Position numbers and translations under genes: made by a program. From assembly GCA_902615855.1 (NCBI GenBank), contig CACMQN010000006.1, forward strand, positions 6,208 through 70,207: DNA of 64,000 nt. Reading direction: 5' to 3'. Shown piece by piece: positions 17,338 to 24,779 of the stretch. The first letter of the stretch is position 1, and every line of letters begins with the position of its first letter. This stretch comes from an uncultured Candidatus Actinomarina sp. (GTDB taxonomy: Bacteria; Actinomycetota; Acidimicrobiia; Actinomarinales; Actinomarinaceae). The notes under the pieces were generated by a model, which saw only the letters and a list, made by a program, of their open reading frames with translations, made no database searches and was not told the origin of the DNA.

Positions 17338-18555
17338 TGCTTGAAGCGTCAAAGCAACTGTTATGAATAGAAATACGTATTGGGTTTTATCACTTTGCTG
17401 GTGGCCAAAAAGCTTCACTGCTAGGTCATGAGCTAATATAACACTTAGCATGTGACCTAGCAGTGTAACTATTACTTGTATGCCCCAAATAAACAAAGGT
17501 TCTATAAAATAATTAATTGTTGGTTCCTGTGCATTAAATAGATTTACCCCAGTTCCTATTGGGTCATTTAATCTGTAAAGAAAAGACTGAGATTCAAAAA
17601 GTAAAAGTGTTAAGTAGTGAGTTACATGATATGCAAAAGCAATTGGTAACATTGTATGTCCAAATAAGTTTGAAACTTTATTGAGTTCTAAGTTTGACCC
17701 ACCTACTTTAATTGCAAAAAAGCAAGCAAAACGGTAAAAAAGTATTGTTCCTATGTTCATTAAAAAAAACATGAAGGTTGAAAATATTGTGTCATTGATT
17801 CTTGATCCAAACTGGTTATACCAGAAAGTGGTTTCTCTTAAACCATCGTAAGTTACTGTTCCAATCATTAAAAGAACAAAATATTCAATACCCTTAAGTT
17901 TTGCCAGATTTCCAATATTATTCAGAAGAGATCGGAAGTAAGGTTTTGAATTAAACAGCTTAAGTTTGCTATATAAGTAATGAAGCAAAAGTAAGGGATC
18001 CACCTCTATTAAAGATTTTTTAAAAAAGTACCTCAGTAAATTCACAATGAAAAATAACGATATGATCACAATACCAATATTGAAGGGATCCCCAGGTTTT
18101 TTCCAGACTAGCTCAAACCAAGTAAGTCCTATGAACAATATACATGCAGAATAAACTGATTTGGGTTTATTTGAAGTAATGGAAAATAAATTTAAGGGAT
18201 TAAATTTTGCATAAACATCTCCAAAAAACAATCCTAAAACAGGTACCCCAATCCACAAAAACACCCACAACATAAGAGGAGCTATAGATGTTTTTGCTGA
18301 TTCATTCCCAATTATTCCAGGTGCAATAAGTAAGAACAGAGTAATAATTCCAAATAACTTTCCGATAAAATTTTGTTTATCATTAAACGTTTCCTCGTAA
18401 GATGAAATAATTGATTCTTTCCACGAAATCTTTAAATATACAAAAGTTATAAGAACGACCAGAGCAGATGCATTAAGAACTAAATCAAAAGGTAAAGGCA
18501 GATCTCCAACATTTACTACACCATGGTTTAGTGACTTTGGATATATATTTTCCAT
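17314..18555 (-). CDS. Polytopic membrane protein, unknown function
   Basis: 413 aa, at least 10 hydrophobic segments. 24-nt convergent overlap with the M48 gene. Confidence 0.6.
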   Translation of the reverse strand: MENIYPKSLNHGVVNVGDLPLPFDLVLNASALVVLITFVYLKISWKESIISSYEETFNDKQNFIGKLFGIITLFLLIAPGIIGNESAKTSIAPLMLWVFLWIGVPVLGLFFGDVYAKFNPLNLFSITSNKPKSVYSACILFIGLTWFELVWKKPGDPFNIGIVIISLFFIVNLLRYFFKKSLIEVDPLLLLHYLYSKLKLFNSKPYFRSLLNNIGNLAKLKGIEYFVLLMIGTVTYDGLRETTFWYNQFGSRINDTIFSTFMFFLMNIGTILFYRFACFFAIKVGGSNLELNKVSNLFGHTMLPIAFAYHVTHYLTLLLFESQSFLYRLNDPIGTGVNLFNAQEPTINYFIEPLFIWGIQVIVTLLGHMLSVILAHDLAVKLFGHQQSDKTQYVFLFITVALTLQALFVLSVG

Positions 18556-18612
18556 CTACTGTTTACATTAAACATTTAATTTTATAAAATAATAGACAAC
18601 AGGGAATATATT

Positions 18613-18789
18613 ATGTGTGTAATTTGCAGCTTAACTGACCAAGGATATGAAACAGCTTATCTTGCTGTTCAAAATGAAACAACTGAAACAATGCTCGTCC
18701 CGGTCGTAAACAGAATGCTAGAACTTCACAATTTTAATGTAATTGAATCTATGCTCATCCAAGCATCTTTAATAGGGATCATACTCTAG
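18613..18789 (+). CDS. Possible 58-aa ORF (MCVICSLTDQGYE...), unknown function
   Basis: Below the ORF-track cutoff. AGGGAA lies 7 nt upstream of the ATG. It fills an otherwise empty 236-bp gap. No recognisable motif. Confidence 0.2.
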   Translation: MCVICSLTDQGYETAYLAVQNETTETMLVPVVNRMLELHNFNVIESMLIQASLIGIIL

Positions 18790-18791
18790 AT

Positions 18792-19226
18792 TTAATTACA
18801 ATTTTTACAAAGGTCTGTACAAGTTCCAAATAATTCAAGTCTATGATCTTCTATTGTAAAATTAAACTTTTTTTCTATCCTTTTTATTTCTTTTGATAAA
18901 GTTTTTTCAAAATTTGCAGCCATTTGAATATCGATTATCTCCCCACAGTCACTACAAAATAAGTGATGATGGTGAGTTTCATCCTCAAATATTAACTCCA
19001 CAACCGTTGCATTTTCAGGGGTTGTAAATTCATTGAGCACTTTAATATTTTTAAGATCATTTAATACTCTGTAGAGTGTTGATTTTGCTACCTTGTTTTT
19101 TAATTTTGATTGCAGTTCATCTACAGTGATAGGATTCCTATTTTCAAGCAATGATTCAAGAACTATAATTCTTGGATTTGTTATTGAAACTTTGTTTTCT
19201 GACAAAATTTTTTTAGAGTCTTTCAC
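18792..19226 (-). CDS. zur: Fur-family metalloregulator, probably Zur
   Basis: Helix-turn-helix STLYRVLNDL, metal sites HHHHLFCSDCGE and CTDLCKNC. Divergent from a Zn-type ABC importer with palindromic boxes between them. Confidence 0.75.
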   Translation of the reverse strand: MKDSKKILSENKVSITNPRIIVLESLLENRNPITVDELQSKLKNKVAKSTLYRVLNDLKNIKVLNEFTTPENATVVELIFEDETHHHHLFCSDCGEIIDIQMAANFEKTLSKEIKRIEKKFNFTIEDHRLELFGTCTDLCKNCN

Positions 19227-19257
19227 AAATTAAATTATAATCGTAAAAAATTAAAAA

Positions 19258-19274
19258 ATGAGAATTATTCTCAT
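19258..19274. promoter_or_regulatory. Zur/Fur-box palindrome ATGAGAATTATTCTCAT
   Basis: Perfect 8-1-8 palindrome in the zur-znuA divergent spacer. Confidence 0.7.
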
Positions 19275-19280
19275 TTATTC

Positions 19281-19312
19281 TTGACAAATAAATTAATGAG
19301 ACTTATTCTCAT
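19281..19312 (+). promoter_or_regulatory. znuA promoter (-35 TTGACA 19281-19286, -10 TATTCT 19304-19309) overlapped by a second Zur box ATGAGACTTATTCTCAT (19296-19312)
   Basis: Read directly. The spacer is 17 nt. The second box differs from the first at one position. Confidence 0.6.
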
Positions 19313-19341
19313 TTATTGTAATTTATTTTTAAGGGGAATTA

Positions 19342-20337
19342 ATGATTAAAAACAAAAGATCAAAAGTTTTTGTAATTGTTTTATCTATTGTATTGGTTGC
19401 ATGTAGTAGTACGGGTGTGCAAGCTGAGTGCAGAGATTTGGAAGAAGTAGATGTATTAAATGTTGTTGCAACTACTCCAATGATTGGTGAATTCGTTAAT
19501 CAAGTGGGTGGTAACAACATAAATCTAACTGTTTTGATGCCTCCAGAAGCTGATCCACATACTTATGACCCTGCTCCTCAAGATGCAGAAACAATAGCAA
19601 ATGCAGACCTTATTTTTTACACAGGACTTAAATATGAGCCTGCTCCATTAATTAAATTATTAGAAAACTCTTCTTGTGGAGTAGAAGCGTTAGCTGAAGT
19701 TGGTGACGCTGTATACCCAATTGAATTCAAAGAGAGTGGTCACGATGAACATGGAGATGATGGTCATGACGATGAAGAAGAAGATGCTCATGCAGGACAC
19801 GACCATGGTGAATATGATCCACATTTTTGGTTTGACCCCAACAGAGTGTCCTACGCTGCATCATTCATTGAAGGTAAATTAGTTAGTTTTGACCCGGAAA
19901 ATAAAGAGAGTTATGAGGCATCATATAATGAGTTTGCAAGCGAATTGAAGGGACTTGTTAATCAGGTTATTGAAATAATTGGGACAATACCATCTCAAAA
20001 TAGAAAAATTATTACTACACATGAATCCTTGGGTTATCTAGAAGCAAAATTTGGATTAGAAGTAATCTCAACAATCATACCAAGTTTAAATTCTGCAAAT
20101 GAGATATCACCACAAGACTTAGGTGAAGTCATTGAGGTTATTGAAGATAACAAAGTTAAGGTCATCTTTATTGAGTCAGAGGCCCCTTCAGTTTATGCAG
20201 AAACTATCGTATCAGAAACTGGAATAAAGGCAGTAAAAGGGTTGTGGGTTGAGACACTTAAACAGGATCAAACATATGCTGACTTTTTAATAGAAGCTGT
20301 TACATTAATTGCTGAGAACACTCAAGAACTTGACTAG
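19342..20337 (+). CDS. znuA: Zinc ABC transporter substrate-binding lipoprotein (ZnuA/TroA family)
   Basis: Lipobox LVACS. Acidic His-rich loop HDEHGDDGHDDEEEDAHAGHDHGEYDPH, typical of Zn-specific cluster A-I binding proteins. Also DPHFWFDP. Confidence 0.8.
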   Translation: MIKNKRSKVFVIVLSIVLVACSSTGVQAECRDLEEVDVLNVVATTPMIGEFVNQVGGNNINLTVLMPPEADPHTYDPAPQDAETIANADLIFYTGLKYEPAPLIKLLENSSCGVEALAEVGDAVYPIEFKESGHDEHGDDGHDDEEEDAHAGHDHGEYDPHFWFDPNRVSYAASFIEGKLVSFDPENKESYEASYNEFASELKGLVNQVIEIIGTIPSQNRKIITTHESLGYLEAKFGLEVISTIIPSLNSANEISPQDLGEVIEVIEDNKVKVIFIESEAPSVYAETIVSETGIKAVKGLWVETLKQDQTYADFLIEAVTLIAENTQELD

Positions 20338-20376
20338 GCTAGACATAAGTTAGCTAAATCTTCAAAAGAATAAAAT

Positions 20377-21168
20377 ATGAATGTTTCTGAGTCCAATCAA
20401 ACAGTAGAAAAAGCTATTATTGTATCTGATGGATGCTGCGTACGGCTTGGAGATTCTTCCGTACTCGATGATGTTACTTTCTCAATTGAAAAAGGAAAGA
20501 AAGTAGCAGTCGTTGGTCCAAATGGTGGCGGAAAATCTACATTATTTAACGCTATAACGGGTTTACTACCAATAGACAATGGCTCTTTGACAATTTATGG
20601 AAAAAAACCAGAAGAGGTAAGAGGATCGATAAGTTACGTACCTCAAAAGGATCTTTTAAACAAGAATTTTGAATTAACAGTTAAACAAGTTGTTGAGATG
20701 GGATTAATAGGAAAGAAAACTTTAAGTATATTTTCACAAAGAAAAACAAATTTAAAAATTCAAAAATCTTTAGAAAGCGTTGGGCTTCTTGAAAAAATTG
20801 ATGAAAATATAAATAATTTATCAGGGGGCCAGTTTCAGAGAGTACTTATTGCAAGAGGGTTGGCGCAAAATGCAGATATTTTAATTTTGGACGAGGCTTT
20901 CAGTGCCGTAGATGTTGGTGCTCAAGAAGATATTATGAAACTATTAAATGATATTAATTTAGAAGGCAAGACTGTTCTCATAGCAACCCATGATATAAAT
21001 AACCTTGAAAATAAATTTGATGAAGTTCTTTGTCTAAATAGACATTGTTGTGCATATGGAGACCCAAAAGAGGTTCTTACTCAAGAAGTTATTAATGAAA
21101 TGTATGGGTCTCACAATGAAATGTTTAGGAATCATAATATTGAGAAACATACTAACAATAATGATTGA
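20377..21168 (+). CDS. znuC: Zinc/metal ABC transporter ATP-binding protein
   Basis: Walker A GPNGGGKST, signature LSGGQFQR, Walker B ILILDE. Confidence 0.8.
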   Translation: MNVSESNQTVEKAIIVSDGCCVRLGDSSVLDDVTFSIEKGKKVAVVGPNGGGKSTLFNAITGLLPIDNGSLTIYGKKPEEVRGSISYVPQKDLLNKNFELTVKQVVEMGLIGKKTLSIFSQRKTNLKIQKSLESVGLLEKIDENINNLSGGQFQRVLIARGLAQNADILILDEAFSAVDVGAQEDIMKLLNDINLEGKTVLIATHDINNLENKFDEVLCLNRHCCAYGDPKEVLTQEVINEMYGSHNEMFRNHNIEKHTNNND

Positions 21169-21994
21169 AATACTAACAGAGCCTTTTAGTTATAACTTTA
21201 TGGTGAGATCATTAATTGCTGCTGTAACTTCTGGAATTACACTTTCACTACTTGGACCATTTACAATCAATAGAAATATGGGTTTTATGGCAGATGCAAT
21301 AGCTCATGCAACCTTACCAATTATTGCAGTAGGAGTATTTTTAGGATTTAGTATTTCTGAACTAGGCGTTCCAGCCTCTATATTGATCGCAATCTTTCTT
21401 GGGTACATAATTAAAAATTCTAATATTGGTGAAGATACCGCAATAGGGATTATTTTCTCATCCTTTTTTGCTTTAGGATTTGTTTTAATTTCGGTGTTAG
21501 AAGTGACTGTAAATTTAGAAGATTTACTTTTTGGTCAAATCTTAGCTGTAAGCAGGTTTGATGTTTTTATTATTCTAGGGATGTGTATATCAGTAGTGAG
21601 CCTTATTACAATCTTCTTTAAACAATTAGTTTTTTATTCTTTTGATCCAGTTGGTGCTGAAGTCAAGGGGTTGAATACAAACTTTTTAAATTATCTATTT
21701 TTAGTCTTACTATCTGTTTCAATTGTTGCTTCATTGCAATCAGTTGGGATTATATTGGTACTAAGTTTGTTATTGATTCCTGCAGCCTCTGCAAAGTTAG
21801 TTACCAATACATTTCATTCTTCAATTTTTGTTAGTATTTTATTTGGTTTAATTTCTTCAGTGAGTGGACTTTATTGTTCATATTTTCTAAATTTGCCTTC
21901 TGGTCCTTCGATGTCTTTAATGGCATCACTAATATTCATTATTTGTTTTTTCATCAACAAAATAAAAAAGAATGTGGCATTTTTTAATAATTAA
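21161..21994 (+). CDS. znuB: Zinc/metal ABC transporter permease
   Basis: ABC-3 family polytopic protein. The ORF is open from 21050, but ATG 21161 (MIEILTEPFSYNFM) overlaps the znuC stop by 8 nt and fits the family N-terminus. Confidence 0.8.
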   Translation: MIEILTEPFSYNFMVRSLIAAVTSGITLSLLGPFTINRNMGFMADAIAHATLPIIAVGVFLGFSISELGVPASILIAIFLGYIIKNSNIGEDTAIGIIFSSFFALGFVLISVLEVTVNLEDLLFGQILAVSRFDVFIILGMCISVVSLITIFFKQLVFYSFDPVGAEVKGLNTNFLNYLFLVLLSVSIVASLQSVGIILVLSLLLIPAASAKLVTNTFHSSIFVSILFGLISSVSGLYCSYFLNLPSGPSMSLMASLIFIICFFINKIKKNVAFFNN

Positions 21995-22015
21995 AAGTTA
22001 ATATTGTTTTAATTT

Positions 22016-22486
22016 ATGTTTTCTGTATGGCTAAAGTCTTCAAGTAATCAACTGGATGAAATTAAAAACTTAATACACACTATTTCTGAACAAGAAAAAA
22101 CTGATTACATTGACCCTCATGTAACACTTGTAACAAATTTACAAACAGAAGAATCTGGAAAAAACTATTTAGATAAAATTGTTAAGAATAAATTTGATAT
22201 TATATTCAATAAAATTCAAGAGGGAACAACATTTTTCCAGAGACTTTATTTAACAGCGGATGATAATACTGATTTTTTTAATTCTGTGATAGAAATAGAA
22301 GGGTGGCCTAGTTTGTGGACTCCCCATCTTTCACTTTATTATGGGAATGAGTTACCAAATTCTTTTCCGTCGAAAAGTTTCGATAACATCATCCCCATAA
22401 CTGTTACGTTTGATACTCTTGGTTTGTATAAAACAGGTCCAATTGTATCGGAGTGGAAGGAGATAACCACTCTATTTTTGGACTGA
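22016..22486 (+). CDS. 2H phosphoesterase superfamily protein (cyclic phosphodiesterase / LigT-like)
   Basis: Two H-x-T/S-x motifs: PHVTLV and PHLSLY. Confidence 0.5.
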   Translation: MFSVWLKSSSNQLDEIKNLIHTISEQEKTDYIDPHVTLVTNLQTEESGKNYLDKIVKNKFDIIFNKIQEGTTFFQRLYLTADDNTDFFNSVIEIEGWPSLWTPHLSLYYGNELPNSFPSKSFDNIIPITVTFDTLGLYKTGPIVSEWKEITTLFLD

Positions 22487-23827
22487 TTCCAACGCAATGC
22501 TTACTTTTTCAGATGGAAAATCATAATCAATCAATTCTCCACTCAAAAAGGTTTCGTAAGCTTTCATATCAAAGTGTCCATGACCACACATTGCTGTCAA
22601 AACTGCAATTTGTTCCGAACTTTGATCTGCATTCTTCACGGCTCTGATAGCTGAAGCAATTGCATGAGTTGCTTCTGGAGCAGGAACTATTCCTTCTGTT
22701 TTTGCAAAAAGTTGCCCAGCCTCAAAACATTCTTTCTGACCAATTGCTTCAGCCTCAATAAGATTTTCTTCGTACATAGCACTTACCAAAGGAGCCATGC
22801 CGTGATATCGTAGACCTCCTGCATGAATAGGATCTGGAATAAAACTAGAACCAAGAGTATGCATTTTTACTACAGGAGCCATACCAACTGAGTCTCCAAA
22901 GTCATAAGTATATGTACCTTTTGTAAGAGAAGGACATGCTTCAGGTTCAACCGCCCTAATGATTGTCTTATTATTATTTTTCATATTATTTCGTGCAAAT
23001 GGTGAAAATAAACCAGTAAAGTTTGACCCTCCACCTGTACAACCAACAATTACGTCTGGATAATCCTCAGCAAGCTCCATTTGTTTTATTGCTTCAAGTC
23101 CAATAATTGATTGGTGCATTAATACATGATTTAAAACACTACCTAATGCATATCTTGTCTCATCTTCCTTTCGAGCGACTTCGATTGCTTCTGAAATTGC
23201 TATGCCTAAACTTCCTGGAGTCTCAGGGTCTTCTTTCAAAAATTGTTTTCCAATATCTGTTCTCTCTGATGGACTTGAATGGACAGTTGCACCATATATT
23301 TCCATCATTGTTTTTCTGTAAGGTTTTGACTCAAAAGAAGCAGATACTTGAAAAACTTCAAGTTCTATCTCAAATGCTTGACATGCGAAAGAAAGGGCAG
23401 ATCCCCATTGTCCTGCTCCTGTTTCTGTTACCATTTTTTTTATTCCTTCTTCAGCGTTATAAAATGCTTGTGGAATTGCTGTATTTGGCTTATGAGAACC
23501 AGAAGGTGAACCTCCTTCGTACTTGTAATAAATTCTTGATTTTGTTCCTAAAGCTTTTTCTAACCTCAATGCTCTATACATTGGCGAAGGTCTGTAAAGC
23601 TTATAAAGTTCCAAAACTGGTTCAGGTATATCTATATAACTTTCTTCTGAGACTTCTTGCAAAATGAGTCCCATGGGAAAAAGTGGCAATAAATCTTCTG
23701 GACCAATAGGCTCCATAGTCTTTGGATTTAGTTGTGGAGGTAACGGATTTGGTAACTCCGGTACAATGTTGTACCACTGTTTTGGAATATCTTTCTCATT
23801 AAGTAGATATTTATACTGTTCTTTCAT
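22472..23827 (-). CDS. trpB: TrpB2-type tryptophan synthase beta-subunit-like PLP enzyme
   Basis: 451 aa with the long TrpB2 N-terminus. PLP lysine motif GGSPSGSHKPNTA, and GCTGGGSNFTG. AAGGAG Shine-Dalgarno. No other trp genes are adjacent. Confidence 0.85.
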   Translation of the reverse strand: MKEQYKYLLNEKDIPKQWYNIVPELPNPLPPQLNPKTMEPIGPEDLLPLFPMGLILQEVSEESYIDIPEPVLELYKLYRPSPMYRALRLEKALGTKSRIYYKYEGGSPSGSHKPNTAIPQAFYNAEEGIKKMVTETGAGQWGSALSFACQAFEIELEVFQVSASFESKPYRKTMMEIYGATVHSSPSERTDIGKQFLKEDPETPGSLGIAISEAIEVARKEDETRYALGSVLNHVLMHQSIIGLEAIKQMELAEDYPDVIVGCTGGGSNFTGLFSPFARNNMKNNNKTIIRAVEPEACPSLTKGTYTYDFGDSVGMAPVVKMHTLGSSFIPDPIHAGGLRYHGMAPLVSAMYEENLIEAEAIGQKECFEAGQLFAKTEGIVPAPEATHAIASAIRAVKNADQSSEQIAVLTAMCGHGHFDMKAYETFLSGELIDYDFPSEKVSIALESVQK

Positions 23828-23880
23828 TTTTACTCCTTTTCTTGGGTTGAGCCCGGAGTTTTAATTTCAGTGACAGTAAT

Positions 23881-23905
23881 AAAAAAACCGGGCTGTGCCC
23901 GGTTT
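23881..23905 (-). terminator. Intrinsic terminator of a trp attenuator (minus strand AAACCGGGC-ACA-GCCCGGUUUUUUU)
   Basis: Read directly. It lies 53 nt upstream of the trpB2 ATG and 25 nt downstream of the leader-peptide stop. The competing antiterminator GUGCCC (23921-23926) pairs with GGGCAC, which covers the 5' arm and loop of the terminator. Confidence 0.6.
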
Positions 23906-23930
23906 AAAAACTAACTATTAGGGCACCTAC

Positions 23931-23972
23931 CTATGTAGATGTCCACCAATTTAAGTTAGTTATATTTTTCAT
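23931..23972 (-). CDS. trp leader peptide MKNITNLNWWTST (tandem Trp codons)
   Basis: My translation. ATG at 23970-23972, TGG TGG at codons 9-10, TAG stop at 23931-23933. An in-frame upstream ATG at 23984 would give MFIVMKNITNLNWWTST. Confidence 0.5.
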   Translation of the reverse strand: MKNITNLNWWTST

Positions 23973-24050
23973 AACAATAAACATACCAAAAAACTTTTTA
24001 GTAACAAAATTCATTTAAGTAAAAATTTTATTTCTCCTATTCTTGTTAAC

Positions 24051-24779
24051 GTGGAAAAAATAATAGAAGCAAAAAATTTAACAAAAATTTATGGAGAAGA
24101 CGGAACATCTGTCACAGCATTAAACCAGGTAAATCTTGATTTCTATGAAAATAAATTTACTGCAATAATGGGTCAATCTGGATCAGGGAAATCCACATTA
24201 TTACATTGTCTTGCTGGATTAGACAAAGTTACATCTGGTTCAATAATTGTTAAAGGCTTAGATTTGGGAAAGCTTAACGATAAAGAATTAACAAAAATTA
24301 GACGAGATTCTTTTGGTTTTGTATTCCAAGCTTTTAACCTTATACCAACTTTAACTGCCGAAGAGAACATAACTTTACCTTCATCAATCGCTGGAAGAAA
24401 GCCAGATGAGGAATGGATCAATCAAATAGTTAATGCTGTAGATATTGGAGATAGGTTAAATCATCGACCAAATGAACTTTCTGGGGGGCAACAACAAAGA
24501 GTTGCGGCTGCTCGGGCAATGGCTACAAAACCTGAAGTAATATTTGCTGACGAACCATCAGGAAATTTAGATTCAAAATCAAGCAAAGAACTTCTAACTT
24601 TTATGAAATCAGTAGTAACTGAATTAAATCAAACAATTGTAATGGTTACGCATGATCCCTATGCAGCTTCTTTTGCTGAAAGAGTAATAATGCTTAAAGA
24701 TGGAGAAGTAGCAAATGATATGGAAGAACCTACACAAGAAGAGATTATTTCAAAGGTCACATCTTTAAGCGATATCTAA
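24051..24779 (+). CDS. ABC transporter ATP-binding protein (MacB/LolD/FtsE-like)
   Basis: GTG start. Walker A GQSGSGKST, signature LSGGQQQR, Walker B IFADEP, H-loop VTHD. Confidence 0.85.
   Translation: MEKIIEAKNLTKIYGEDGTSVTALNQVNLDFYENKFTAIMGQSGSGKSTLLHCLAGLDKVTSGSIIVKGLDLGKLNDKELTKIRRDSFGFVFQAFNLIPTLTAEENITLPSSIAGRKPDEEWINQIVNAVDIGDRLNHRPNELSGGQQQRVAAARAMATKPEVIFADEPSGNLDSKSSKELLTFMKSVVTELNQTIVMVTHDPYAASFAERVIMLKDGEVANDMEEPTQEEIISKVTSLSDI

Noticed and set aside
21050-21160. N-terminal extension of the znuB ORF, overlapping znuC by 119 nt
   Set aside because: The extension is out of frame with, and inside, znuC. The ATG at 21161 gives the typical short overlap and the family-like N-terminus.
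23107-23667. 186-aa ORF on the plus strand
   Set aside because: It is entirely antisense to trpB2, which has unambiguous PLP-enzyme motifs. The translation is low-complexity and Leu/Phe-rich, typical of AT-rich antisense frames. The same reasoning applies to 342-548, 1974-2183, 3513-3746, 5332-5694, 11895-12164, 12702-13043, 25168-25587, 33545-33832, 38317-38766, 40594-40980 and similar short track entries nested in stronger genes.
23906-23960. TRAP-type (GAG/UAG repeat) or T-box control of trpB2
   Set aside because: Only four TAG triplets (UAGGUAG...UAGUUAG) are present, against the 9-11 needed for TRAP. The leader is far too short for a T-box and has no specifier-loop or T-box sequence. 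The WW leader peptide with alternative hairpins explains the region better.
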